Shown in pieces: positions 26,075 to 39,272 of a stretch of DNA of 64,000 nt. The notes below the pieces were generated by a model that was given only the letters and a program-made list of their open reading frames with translations, searched no databases and was not told the origin of the DNA. The DNA lies in the NCBI GenBank assembly GCA_030265395.1, contig JARFYF010000001.1:29623598-29687597 (forward strand). The letters run 5' to 3'. The position numbers were made by a program, and so were the translations under genes. This DNA is from Rhina ancylostomus. Its lineage: Eukaryota. Position 1 is the stretch's first letter. Every line of letters begins with the position of its first letter.

Positions 26075-27185
26075 TCAAGAGAGAGGATGTGTTGGAGCTG
26101 TTAGAAAATATTAGGACAGATGTCCCCGGGGCCTGACAGAATATTCCCCAGGCTGCTGTGCGAGGTGAGGGAGGAGATTGCTGAATCATTGGCTAGGATC
26201 TTTGAGTCCTCATTGTCCATGGGAATGGTACCAGAGGATTGGAGGGTGGCAAATGTTGTCCCCTTATTCAAAAAGGGTAGTAGGGATAGTCCAGGGAATT
26301 ACAGATCAGTGAGCCTTACATCTGTGGTGGGCAAGCTGTTGGAAAGAATTCTTAGAGATAGGATCTACAAGCATTTAGAGAATCATGGACTGATTAGCGA
26401 CAGCCAGCATGGCTTTGTGAAGGGAAGATCATGTCTCACAAGCCTGAGAGGATTCTTTGAGGTGGTGACCAGGCAGATTGACAAGGGTAGTGCAGTAGAT
26501 GTGGTTTACATGGATCTTAGTAAGGCGTTTGACAAGGTTCCACATGGTAGAGATCTTCAGAAGGTCAGAGGGCATGGGATCCAGGGAGGCTTGACCGTGT
26601 GGATTCAAAATTGGCTTGCCTATAGAAAGCAGAGGGTTGTTGTGGAGGGAGTGCATTCAGATTGGACGGTTGTGACTAGCAGTGTCCCACAAGGATCAGT
26701 TCTGGAACCTCTACTGTTTGTGATATTGATTAATGACTTGCATGAGGGGGTAGAAGGGTGGGCTGGCAAGTTTGCAGACGACATAAAGGTCAGCAGTGTC
26801 GTGGATAGTGTGGAGGACTGTCGAAGCTTGCAGAGGGATATTGATAGGATGCAGAGCTCGGCTGACAAGTGGCAGATGGAGTTCAATCCGGAGAAGTGTG
26901 AGGTGGTACACTTTGGAAGGACAAACTCCAAGGCGGNNNNNNNNNNNNNNNNNNNNNNNNNNNNNNNNNNNNNNNNNNNNNNNNNNNNNNNNNNNNNNNN
27001 NNNNNNNNNNNNNNNNNNNNNNNNNNNNNNNNNNNNCAAGAGATTGTTAGATCAGCATATGGAGGAATTTGAAATAGGGGGATATGTGAGAGGAAGTGGT
27101 TAGACAGTATTAGGCGTGGTTTGATGTTCAGCACAACATAGTGGGCTGAAGGGCCTGTATTGTGCTGTATGGTTCTATGGTTCTA
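26075..27185 (+). mobile_element. 5'-truncated young CR1 LINE with open RT frame (26120-26936)
   Basis: SPGPD, NYRSVSLTSVVGKLLE, QHGF, DLSKAFD, VPQGSVL, KFADD motifs; 3' GGGCTGAAGGGCCTG stem-loop and (ATGGTTCT)n tail. Confidence 0.95.
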
Positions 27186-27324
27186 AAGTTTTGATTGATA
27201 CTTGATGCATTGGACAACTGACAGAATCATTCCATTAGGTGTTTCAAAATTCAATTGATGTACTACTATTTTATTCAACAAGAAATGGGTATTGTTTGTG
27301 GTACTATATGTTCTTAACCCTGAG

Positions 27325-27418
27325 CTTAGACTATCCCCATATTTTAAATTCCTCCATATGCTGATCTAACAATCTCTTGAATTTGACCAATATATCAGCC
27401 TCCACCACTCTTTCCATG
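27325..27418 (-). mobile_element. CR1 3' fragment, inverted relative to the adjacent copy
   Basis: VVEADILVKFKRLLDQHMEEFKI, near reverse complement of 27037-27100. Confidence 0.8.
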
Positions 27419-28984
27419 GCTGAAGATTCCTGGAGAGCCATCTTGTTCTTTGGAGCTTTTATAATTAGTATTCTCCATGATTTTACCGTCAATAGCCATC
27501 TTCTTAAGCATTGGTACAATACAGAATTTGCCATTGCCCAAGTGTTTAGGTGAATGAAACAACACAGAAACTGAAAGGATTTGAGGATCTTTTGAGTAAG
27601 AAAGTTGAAAGAATACAACCTGTCAAACTGCACATTGGGTTAACTCTGATACATCTGTTTATTGAACATAAAATGATAAAGAGAAGTATTCTATCCAAAA
27701 CACCGGGATATTCCACCAATGTTACATGCCAGAGGGGAAGAATCAGCTGAAAACTATACAGTGCTGATCCTACACACATTTTAATCTATCAGTACATTTC
27801 CCATGCAACATGGGAGAAATGTATGGAGGGAAATCAGGAACTGGGATGCAACCTTTAAGAAGGCAAAAGGTTTAAAAATTGCAATAGAGTCTGCTGGAAT
27901 AGCATATGTCTCCAGCAATGTCCCAAAATTTTTAAGGTGATTCTGAAGTGAAACTGACAACCCTCTTCATTTTATTATAGGTTGCCATTACTGAAAGTTG
28001 TGGGTATTGAAACACCATTAAAAAATTTAATTAACTTCCACTCACATTAACAAATACAGACAAGGGAGACCTCAGATTGCTTTGCAAACTACGCTGCAGC
28101 CAGCAAATAATGAAATTTCAATAAAAATTGGTTTCTCACCAAAATCCATTTCCAAGATGTCCAGTACATTATTTTACAGCAGAAAATACAAACTGCACTC
28201 TTATGCTCAAAATGTCAAACCAAGGATGCTTGTCTTGTGCCACTGTCAATATTAAATTGATCCATGAATTGAATCCTTTCAGAGCAAAATGCTACCACCA
28301 AGTATTCAATGATTTCTGTTTGGGGTTTTAGCCCTGATGACCTTGGATTAATTATTGTGTGAATGCATTTCACAGACGTACTACATTTCTTTGATGATTA
28401 ATCAAATGAAAAGATATTCGATTAGTGTTTCCAACTCGATTATTGTTGCAAATCAATCTTACTATTTTCAAAATGTTATGGAAATTCTAATAAATAGGAT
28501 ATCTTTCTAATAACTTTAAATGTTTATTTTCATCTAATTAATATTTTGTCCAGCCATTTGTCACAGGCAGAAAGTGACCTGAATGGCTCTGCACTGAAAA
28601 AAATTAAGGGCATTTTTTTCCCAAAAGGAACAGACTAATACACTCATGTCTTCTGGATGCTAGATAATAATGTACAGTCCTCATGCTTTGAAAAAAATTA
28701 GCTAATAGTTGGCAGATTTACTGTGTATTACATGAACAAAGAAAGAAAATAATACATCATAAGGCACAGAGCTCCACAAAACAGCTGGCAGTTGCTGAGT
28801 TTCATGCAGAACATGGTCCTCCTGTTATGAATTGCCCTCTTCTATAGTTGTAATAAATGTGCTGAATTACTAAAAGATCAACACTAACACCCAAGTGCTC
28901 ACCTTGCAATTGTTTGAGTCTATATCATCCATATATTTGCTCAGCAGTTACAACATTCAAGATTTAATTCCATTCATAACTCCT

Positions 28985-29735
28985 CATGTAATAAAAACAA
29001 CCTTTGTCTGCATGCAGCAAGATCTGGACAGGTTTTCCACATGGACTGATAAATGGCAAGTGACACTTGTGCCAAAAAAATGACCATCTCTAACAAGAGA
29101 GTGTCTGACTCCCTACCCTTGACATTCAATGGAGTCACAGAAAAACTGTAGCTTAAAGAGCAGGTCAGACACTGAGTCTTCTGCAGCAAATATTCACCTC
29201 CTGGTTCCTCAAAATTCTTCCAACAACAAGGCACGAATCAGGTGTATGATGGAATACCTTCCAGCCATCTGGATGAGTACAGCTCCAAAATTGCTCAAGA
29301 AGCTTCACAACATTCAAGACAAAGTAGCCCGCAAAGTAAACCCCATTTATCTTCCTAAAGTTCACTCTCACCCCAAAGGTGGTTGCAGTATGTACCATCT
29401 GCCATATATGTTGCATCAATATGGAAAGCTTCCCTGTCATAACCCTCAAACCTTTAATGACTACTACCTAAAGCTAGAGAGCAGCATGCACTTTAGACCA
29501 CTACAAACCACAGGTATGGTAATGTGCTGCTTTAAGTGGCTTTTTATCCTATGCTGGACATGCATTGCCATTTCTTCATTGTTTTTGGTCCTAAATTCTA
29601 CCCAAATGCACTGTAGGAATATTTTCACCAGAAAAAAACTGCAACAGTTCACAAAGGTGACCCAGCAACACCTTTACAAGGGCAATTTAGAAATCGGAAA
29701 TAAATGTTGGCCTTGCCAGTGAAGCACACATCCTA
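28985..29735 (+). mobile_element. Degenerate L2/CR1-like LINE 3' portion
   Basis: MQQDLDRFSTWTDKWQVT, RIRCMMEY..W and terminal AATAAATGTTGGCCTTGCCAGTGA..CACATCC. Confidence 0.7.
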
Positions 29736-31150
29736 CAAATTAAAGGTGCAATTATAAAAGCATATTTCAGTGCTATTCTCAAAACCTGGGCCTGCATATA
29801 AATCCGTGAAGTAATAGAGAAGTTGAATGAATAATTTTTCTATGACCTTGCTCAAGCAGCATCAGGCTGAGATGTAACCCTTGAGGCAACTATATTCTGT
29901 TCATGTAATTATTAGGAAAGGCAAACATTGGATAGGCTTATCACTTCAATCTTTTGGAAACAAGAATACAGAGAGATAATTAGGGTTTTCTTTCCCACAT
30001 CACTTCCTCATCATGAGGCACAAACCTGAGTAGATCTAGCACACAAATTAGTTTTACATCACTGGATCCAGCTGGACAGGAGAAGTGGGATGGGCTCCAC
30101 TATCCTCTGTCAAAGCTGTGCAATTCCATAATATTGTTTTGGAGATTTCTTTGTCAGCAAGTTGTGACCATTTGTCTTGCCACCTCAGCTGATGCAGCAT
30201 TTCTCTCTTGCTCACCAAGAGTCCAACTTCACTCTAACCCCCCCCCCCACCTAATGTTTCTTCCAATGCCATGTCTTTTTCCTTGCCCCCTTCATACTCT
30301 TCCCATTAAACTGCTGACTGACCACCTTCCCTTTGTGCTAACTGACATTACAAATAATACCCTTTCCTCGGGTTCAAAAATGCTATTCTCAATAATCCAC
30401 TTAAAAATCTCTCTGCCTTTGCAATCAATGTTCTTATTTCCTGAAGTTCTTAACCATGTAATTTTCTGCTGGCCACATGACTCTCTGTCTGCAAGTCCTT
30501 TGTTTCTCTCACATGACTGTCTTTCATGCAAACCACTGTTTAAATCTCCCAATATATTGCACCCTCCCAAAGAACCATTGTAAAACTGACCAACCTGACA
30601 CATGGTATTCTCTGTGAATACCATTATGTTATCTACTTTGTGTTCTTTTCCCTCTTGACATCCTTTGTTGCAGTTGACCAGACAATTGTTTCTTCAAAAT
30701 CTTTCCTCCACTGTCAAGTTTGTTGGAGTGTTGTGACTTAATTCCACACTTATCAGCAGACACCCATCTCCAACGAGCATTTCCTAGTGCGTGCTAATAA
30801 CTTTCAGCTCTTTAATTTCAGCAATGCTCTTGAAACATCTACTCGCACTGGTGCAAGAATGGTTGTATGATTAACTTACAATTTTCTCTTGCTAAACATC
30901 GGGGAGGACCTCAAAATTCAAGTTCTTATCAGAAAGGATGTGTTCCTTTCCTGTTGGGTGTTTCAGGATGAACTAGATAGCTTGGAATCTAATCTAAAGC
31001 CAAGATGAACTTCTAAACCTCTAACCTTTCCAATTAATAAGGACATCTACTTCCCTCACCAGTATTTGCCCAACCCCACCTTTATGATTGCCCATCCTCT
31101 GTAAGAACCCTGATACTTCGGTAAACATCAGATCCCATAAACCAGTGCTG

Positions 31151-31508
31151 GAGATGCAAGAGATTGCAGATGCTGGAATCTGGAGCACAAAATGAAATGC
31201 TGGCAGTCCAGATGAAGGTTATCGACCTGAAATGTTAACTGTCCCTTTCAAGTTCAAGTTTGTTGTCATAGACATACATACACAGGGCATAAGTGTTATG
31301 AAAATTAGCTTTTACAGCAGCAGCACAAACATTAAAAACTTAAGCTAGCAAGTTAACATAAATTATACATAATTTAAATGACAAAATAATGACACTAGTG
31401 CCAGTTGAGAGAGAGAGTGAAAGAATGATGGTCTGAGGTAGTGTCAAAGTTTTTCAGGTCCTCCGCAAATGCTGCCTGAGTTCCTCCAGCATTTTGTTTT
31501 TTGCTCCA
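31151..31508. mobile_element. Inverted PLE terminal repeat with best-preserved hammerhead core, split by a LINE-tail insertion (about 31249-31459)
   Basis: Core CAGTC-CAGATGA-AGGTTATCGACCT-GAAA-TG-TT-AACTG at 31204-31241; element resumes at 31460 with GCTGCCTGAGTTCCTCCAGCA. Confidence 0.75.
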
Positions 31509-31699
31509 TAAATCTAGAGCTAATCTGTTCAACCTTCAGCTCAACACCCGACGCCCCATAAAATTCAATAATTTCAAAACACTGCTACCTTCATATGCAA
31601 GTTTCTTCAGCTGACCAAAAATTGTCTCCCTGTACTCTGTGCAGAGATTGAAACTCTTAATACTGTGACAGGATCCTGATAAAACCATGCCTACCTGAC

Positions 31700-32020
31700 T
31701 TATCTTCTTAACTATAGAAGGATATGCTTGTAATATAGGGAGTACAACAATGTTCACTGAATTTGTTTCTAGGAAGAGAAAATTGTCCAACAAGGAGATC
31801 TCAAGTCAATGGAGCCTATACTCCCTAGCATTTAGATGAATGAAACGTGACATACAAAATTTTGATGGGGCTTGACAGAGTAGATACAAAGATAATGTTT
31901 TCCCTAGCTGGGATTGCTAGAGCTGAGGGTTTTAATGTAAGGGGTCAACTTTTTAGTACTGAATTGAATAGAACTTTCTTCACCTGCAAGGCAGAGAATC
32001 TTTGTATCTTTTTACTCAAC
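31700..32020 (+). mobile_element. Degenerate CR1 3' region
   Basis: TYKILMGLDRVD...FFT translation. Confidence 0.6.
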
Positions 32021-32023
32021 ATG

Positions 32024-32138
32024 TGGAAGGCTCCTGAGCTGAAATGTTCATTGCCTGCTTTTCTCCATGGATGCTGCCTGGCCTGCTGAGTTCCTCCAGC
32101 ATCGTGTTTTTCTTCTAGATTCCAGCATCTGCAGTCTT
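32024..32138 (+). mobile_element. PLE terminal repeat
   Basis: GAAGGCTCCTGAGCTGAAATGTT..GATGCTGCCTGGCCTGCTGAGTTCCTCCAGCATC..GATTCCAGCATCTGCAGTC. Confidence 0.75.
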
Positions 32139-32549
32139 NNNNNNNNNNNNNNNNNNNNNNNNNNNNNNNNNNNNNNNNNNNNNNNNNNNNNNNNNNNNNN
32201 NNNNNNNNNNNNNNNNNNNNNNNNNNNNNNNNNNNNNNNNNNNNNNNNNNNNNNNNNNNNNNNNNNNNNNNNNNNNNNNNNNNNNNNNNNNNNNNNNNNN
32301 NNNNNNNNNNNNNNNNNNNNNNNNNNNNNNNNNNNGCAGCTGCTGACACCAGACTGTTAGCACAAGAGAACCAAGCTGATCATAAGAAGTTCAAAAGGAA
32401 AATAATGGTGAAAGTGAATTTCTTACCAGTGTGATTATGTAAATTTCTTACTGGTACAGTTGTATTACAAATATAGCATCAGCCTGCTTCTTACCAGTAT
32501 GACACACCAGTCCATACTGGCTTACTTTCACCTCTGAGGGGAATTAATA

Positions 32550-34250
32550 AAGAAAATAAGAGAGGCAATACACTGCGTAAGAAAAGGCTGGCATCAAAGA
32601 CAAAAGGGAGTCTGAACACGTTCTTTAGGCTGGTGAAAAGGAGAAGGATTGTTAGAGAAATGGACTGATCAGAGACCCCCAAAATGGAAATCCAGTCACG
32701 GAGATGCAGAACATGGCTGAGGTAATAAATCAGAATATTACATCTGTCTTCACCAAGGATGGATGCTCAGCAAAGGAAGATACATAAGGAGATTTTAGAC
32801 GGACTAAAAGTTGATAAAGAGTGGGTACTAGAAGTGGATGAGTTACGTGGTTCAGATGGGATGTATTATTGAGGTAAGGAAAGAAGGAAACTGCAAAGGC
32901 CCCGTCCACAATTTTCCAAACATCTGTAGATTCAGGGATGTTTGAGCAAATATCACACCCTTGTTTGAAGAAGAGTGTAGGGATAAATCCAATAACTATC
33001 AGTCAAGGAGTTCAACCTCATTGGTGGAAAAGTTCTATAAACAATAATCAGACACAGAATTAGCAATTACTTGAACTAATGTGGATTGATTAGAGAAAGG
33101 GAGCACAAATTTTCAAGATGTGTTCAACTAATATAACAGAGTTTTCAAAGAATTAATGGAGTGGGTCAATGAGGGAAATGCAGTTGTTAGTGGTGTATGT
33201 GGACTTTCAAAAGATGTTTGATGAAGTACCTTCTCGAGATTGAAGCCCATGGAATAGAAGGGTCCATTGCAGCATGGATGGAAAATTGGTTAATTAACAG
33301 GAAATGGAAAGTAGTATCATAAGGTTGTTTCTCATACTGGAGGTAAATGTACAGTGGTGTTCTCTTTGGGTGAGTACTAAGATCACACTTTCTCTTAACA
33401 TATTATTAATTTGGACTAGGATGCACATAATTTCCAAAAATTTGCAGATGACATAAAACGTGGAGGGACAGTGAACCGTGAAGAGGATCGTAATAGATTT
33501 CAAGAAGATGCTGCTGAAATGGATTGATAGATGGTGAATGAATTTTAATGTTGACAAATGTGAAATGTGGCATTTTGCTAGGATGAATAAGAGAAACTCA
33601 AGAGCACAAGTCTAAAAGGTTTACAAGAATGGAGAGAGCTATCAATATATGTATATAGTTCGTGAAAGTGGCAAAGTAGGTTGAAAAAATATACAAAATC
33701 CCAAGCATTTCAAATGGAGACACAGAGCATAACAGCAATTATGTTATGTTGAACCTTGCTGAAACATCAATTGGAATGTTGTATCTAATTCTGTGTGACA
33801 ACTTTGGGAAAGATGTGAAGGTTTTGGAAAGGGTGCCAAAGGTGTTTACCAAAGAGGAATGATAGTTATGTAAATGGACTGAAGAAGTGGGGCTGTTCTC
33901 CTTTGATCAAGGGATATTGTGAAGAGATCTGATAAGTATTTAGAATTTTTGTGAGTTCAGAGAAAGTAGATGGAGAGGAACCGTTTACGTTGGTGGAGGG
34001 ATCAAGAAAAAGGGCACAGAATGAAGGTGATTGTCAAAATAACCAAAATTGATATGAGGAAAGTTTTTGTTACTCTGCAGAGATAGTAGAGAAGCCAGAT
34101 TCAATTGTGTCTGTGAATAGGGAGCTGGATAACAAGAACTTGGAAAGGTTAGAGGAGTGTGACTAACTGGATTGCTCTTGCATACAGCTGGTGCAAACTC
34201 AACTAGCCAAATGGCTTGCTTTCATGGTGTAACGATTAAATGGTTCTGTG
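32550..34250 (+). mobile_element. Old CR1 LINE ORF2 remnant
   Basis: Scattered motifs GTGTATGTGGACTTTCAAAAGATGTTTGAT (VY.DF.K.FD) and AAATTTGCAGATGAC (KFADD), with many stops. Confidence 0.8.
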
Positions 34251-34484
34251 AAGTATATGCTTCTGTACTCATCCAGTGAAAACAATAAAAATATATGAGT
34301 AATCACAATGTTTGTGTAGTGATTTTACCTTTACATGCCTGTATATAACAAAAGGTACATCATTTTACCTGGTCTCCCTGGGGGTAACATGCAGATTTAG
34401 ATATTCCCTATTGACTTCAGTGAAATAGGTGGTTGACCCAAAAGCTGCAGACTTTCTGTCAGGAATATTAGGTTAAGATACCAA

Positions 34485-34607
34485 AAGAAAAATACTGCAA
34501 GTGTGGAAATTGGAAATAAAACCAGAATTATTGGAAAAACTCAAGAGGTCAGGCAATGTCTGTGGAAAGAGGAACAGAGGTAGTGTTTCAGATTGATGAG
34601 CTTCCAT
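34485..34607 (-). mobile_element. Old PLE terminal repeat
   Basis: GGAAAAACTCAAGAGGTCAGGCAATGTCTGTGGAAAGAGGAACAGAG..GTGTTTCAG. Confidence 0.6.
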
Positions 34608-37009
34608 GGTTAACGTGCACTCTAAATCAAAATACTGAGTAAAAGCAGGGAAATGAGGGGCCAAGGTTGGAACTTTTAAGATGCACAGACAGACTTTCAG
34701 ACTGTGAAAGCAAAAATTTAATCTCAGTGGTAGGAATGAACATTTGAATACTCTTATCAAGGGAGATATCAATATATTCCACTGTGACGTATATCCTGGA
34801 TTGACACATGACCTCTGAGCTATAATTTTCATAATAAAAAATTGAGTTCAAAGTGACAATGTAATGTGCACAATATAAGACTATTCAATAAGGAAAATTC
34901 AATTCCATACTAAAGACTTGACTGTAACTAATCTTGTCATTATAATTCCAGTGGTACACCAGTCTTTCTGGCATGCTGGTACCAAATGTATAATAACCAT
35001 AACTGTTCAGTCATATCATTTCATTAACACAAACCTAAAGATAGCTACTCAAGTTATCTTTGCCACTTATGGGAAAATGAACATAGTGGTGCTTGCTTCT
35101 GAGGACTGGTAGTATTTTTGGCATTTTTCTGTTGTTTTCTGTTTGGTAAAGAGCAAAGAAAATGTTAATGTCTGTTATAGCCCTATCACTGAGAGAAGTT
35201 TCTGTTAAAAGTGAATAAAAAAACAAATAATATTAAGAACAATCAGCAAGTCTGTTACAATAATAAGAATACAAACTTTTACTTTTCTCAATTTTAATAT
35301 GCTTATACTTGGACAGTAACTTGTCTTTTATCCTTATAGACATATCCTCATACATTGGTATGTATTTACAGTGTAAATATGTTTTATTAAGTATGTTTTG
35401 GTTGGTAAGCAAAAAAATTAAAGACATTGTTAAAAATTTAATAGCCTCCCCAATAGTCTTGATTAGTAATGTATCATTAGTTACTGTACTGGATTACAGA
35501 GAGCAGCAATGTTCCAGGTACAATCACTACTGTTAGTTAACTAGTGTCATTCAGGAGATTAGAATTTAATCAAATACTCCCCCCAAGCAAGAGAGAAGAA
35601 CTGTTAGCCACAGTCTCTCTTTCCAATACCAAGTTGAGGATGCTTCTATATAGAGACTGAGTTTTGTATCAACCACAACCATGACTTATTCCATGGAACT
35701 AATAAATGATCGTTCATTAAATGTAATAAACTGAAAACAAGTTGTGATACAAGTTCCCCATCTGGCCTGGAGAACAGTAAATACTGCACTGTTAGATTGT
35801 TGTATTCAGGTTGTAAACAATCAATTTTTTTGCAAATAAGATATTACACAGAACCAATCAAATACAAACTTATAAATATTTTGAAGATCAGCTAGGGATT
35901 GTCCTGAAATGGAGAGAGATAGGTTGATTGTACCATTAAAAAAATATGGCAGTTAAATTTGATTATCCCTGAAAAGTGTGTGGAGATTATGATGTGGCAT
36001 TAAGTCACTCCTATCATTGCAATGCCACCTCATGCTTACATCTAATTAACATAATTCATTTGAGAGGCAGAACTAATTGTCTTGTTTATTACCTCTGTGC
36101 CTCAGCAAGGGATTCAATATTGTGAATGGCCCGCACTAGTTAAAACTAGCACGCATCTCCACAGTGGAAGCTGCATTGTGGGTGGAGCTGGTGGTGGATT
36201 TCTATCAGGATGACCTTACTAAAGAAGAAATGTCTAACGGACTGTATGGGCAGGAAAATTGCTTGCTGAACAGCCTGAATGAATATGGCCTTCTGCTCAT
36301 TGTTGTCTTCCCCTCCTCTCTGCATTTATCCTGCACTGTGTTCCTTCTCCTCATTCTCCTAGTCACATTCTATTATATCAAGAATGCCATTAATACCGGC
36401 ATAGCTGTGAATAACTGGATTGAGAAGTCAGCAAAAAAGTCTGATGGTGCCTGCCACATCATTCCTAAACACTTTAGAAAGTTTAAAGAACTAGAAAGCA
36501 CTTAGTTGTCATGCAGTCATACCAACAGCAAGTAGAAATCATTCAGCTACCAATCCAAATATATGGTTTCAATTATGGTTAAAACAGAATCAAAGCTGAA
36601 GCCTCTGTCTCTAAAATGTTAGTTCTGGTTCAGAAACAGTATTGGATGCTGGTTTGCGTTCATCAGTTTCTTTCTCTACCCACCCCTGCATGCATGTCAA
36701 TACTCTCATTACACAGCATCAAAAATAGCTCACATTTTGAACACATGCAACCTTAAGTCACCGTATTGGAACTCAACATCACCCCAACATTAAAGAAGAA
36801 ACAATATTTTAGAACTTTATTTTGTGGACCTCTATATCTGACACTGTTTGATGATTAACAATGCATTTGGATGAAGAAATTTGTAGATTCACAAAATAGT
36901 AACTAGGTTAAGCAATTCTATTTCATTCAGTAAATCATAAATGTAATTTACAGACATTAAACAGAACTAACAATTATAAATGATTTTTGATGTCCCGGAA
37001 TGAAATATA

Positions 37010-37442
37010 TTAGCTATAAGGAGGGGTCGGACAAACTTGAATTGTTTTGTTTGGAGTATCAGAGACTTGACAGAAGTATATAAAATTATGTGAGGCATAG
37101 ATAGTGTAGATAGTCAGAGTCTCTTTTCCCAAGGTGGAAGTGTCAAATAATAGACGGCATAGGTTTACGTTGAGAGGGGGAAAGATTAAAGGAGGTTTGT
37201 GAGGCAAATTTTTCTACAGAGAGAGTGATAGTTGCTTGAAATGTGCTGCCAGGGGAGGTGGTAGAAACAGATATGACAGCAATATTTAAGAGGCATTTCG
37301 ACAGACACCTGAACAGGCAGGGAATAGTGGGATATAGGCCATGTGCAAGTAGATGGGATTCATTTAATTTGTCATCGTGGTCAGTGGGACATGATGGGCT
37401 GAAGGGTCTGTTCCTGTGTTGCACTTTTCTATGCTTCTATGA
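37010..37442 (+). mobile_element. CR1 3' end
   Basis: LPGEVVETDMTAIFKRHFDRHLN, GGGCTGAAGGGTCTG stem-loop and (TTCTATG)n tail. Confidence 0.85.
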
Positions 37443-37807
37443 ATGTTGCTACCTAATAAGTAGGGATTGAGGTTGGCTTGATGCTCACTGGACTTGTTTC
37501 TTTGTAAAGTACAGTGGGATTTTGAGAATATGAATGGAAGTTTTGCATTAGAATTATTAAATCCCATTAAAAAAATGCAAAAACCTAGTGCTTTCAGACC
37601 AGCAGTGTGTCATTGCAAAATACCAACAGCACTGCTCTTGGTACATTTTGAGTTCTCCTAAAATTTAACTCCAGTAAAGAATATATCCTAAACGCAACTT
37701 ACCTTACATGCTTTTCAAAAGATTTCTAGTTTCCAATTAAGTGGAAAACAATGAATTGATTATTGACTATTGGATTTGCTCAATCCTCTATATTTACAGG
37801 GACTATG

Positions 37808-37841
37808 TACTCCCTCTGCTGGTGGATCTTTTATATTGCAC
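37808..37841 (-). promoter_or_regulatory. Candidate CTCF site with upstream module
   Basis: Minus strand GTGCAATATAAAAGATCCA-CCAGCAGAGGGAGTA: core close to CCASYAGRKGGCRS, with TGCA starting 18 nt upstream of the core CC. Confidence 0.45.
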
Positions 37842-38577
37842 CAAGCTAACAGACACTTCGCAAGGTAAAAGTGGGCACATTGTTATTTTTTAAAGTAAGT
37901 TTCAAGGGAATAATAAACATATGGACTCACTTGTACTAAAACATTTTTAAATCAATTCAAACAAAATTATTCTTGCGATAAACAATTTCTCAGAAATGAG
38001 TGCAGCAAAATGAGGGAGTGTGCTCAGTCCTGGTTCCTCGAAATCTGTGGGAGTGGAAGATCTCAATGGCCCTCATTTTTCAAACACTATAGTACATTTC
38101 CACATCTATTGGGTGAATTGCTCCAGATACCATGTTAATGAATGTGTTTGTGCACTTTGAATTGTCATAGGTGTGAACAGAGCAGCTGATTATGACAACA
38201 TTCAATATTCCATTTTGGAGCTCAATCCTCCAGATTACATCCCTTCTAATCTGTATACCTGACCAATTGATTAGCAGTATAATGATTTAGAAGGTTCAAT
38301 AACTATTGACAGGTTAGTTGTTGGTTGAGCTCTTCTACTGTAACTATAGTTCTATGTCTTTGTTCATTTATGTTTTGAAGTTGTATAAGTCTACAAGGCA
38401 GGTACTGGAGGAATCTTTGACTTCAAGATTCTCACACAAATCAGTTGTTCCCAAATATAGATGCATGAGTTAATGTTTAATACAGCATGACTGGAACGTC
38501 TTCCAACCAAAAAACAATATGCGAGATGTCTGCACCTTCAGAAAAGGGCAATGACTTTATTCCATGCTTTAGTGAGG

Positions 38578-39062
38578 TCAGAATCAGATTCAGGTTTATT
38601 ATCACTGACATATATTGTGAAATTTGTTATTTTGGAGCAGCAGTACAGTACAAGACTTAAAAATTACTATAATTGCAAAAATAAATAAATAATGTGAAAG
38701 AGGAATAATGAGGTGGTGTTCATGGGTTTGTGGACCGTTCAGAAATTTGGTGGAGGGGAAGAAGCTGTTTCTGAAACATTGAGTGTGGGTCTTCATGCTC
38801 CTGTATTTTCTTCCTGACAGTAGTAATGCAAAGAGGGCATATGTCCCAGGTGGTGAAGGTCCTTAATAATGGATGCTGCCTTCTTGAGGCACTGCCTGTT
38901 GAAGGTGTCCTTGATGGTGGAGAGGTTTGTGCTAATGATGAGTCTACAACTCTCTGCAGCCTCTTTCAATCCTGCACGTTGGAGCCTCCATACCAGGCGG
39001 TGATGTGACCAGTTAGAATGTTCTCCACTGTACATCTGTAGAAATTTGCTAGGGTCTTTGGT
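38578..39062 (-). mobile_element. Rex1/Babar-type LINE 3' portion
   Basis: CLKKAASIIKD and FRNSFFP translations; 3' tail with CTGATT-like repeats. Confidence 0.8.
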
Positions 39063-39272
39063 TGTACTTATTGAAGCATAGATATAAGAACATGAGAAGT
39101 AGTAGGTGGAGAAGTATATCCACCTCCCTCAATCCTGCTTTGGCCAATGTTGTGCCATATCTTGTATCCTATTAACCTAGTACCAAAAATCTCTTGCTCT
39201 CAGCCTTCAATGTACTCATCAGCTGAGCATGCAGAGCCCTTTGAGGAAACAAATTAATCATATTTACAATCT

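Noticed and set aside
29129-29722. 197-aa ORF
   Set aside because: Lies within a degenerate LINE; not a host gene
30300-30400. DHLPFVLT resembling the Penelope RT C-terminal PLVLTYHP motif
   Set aside because: Too short and degenerate to call
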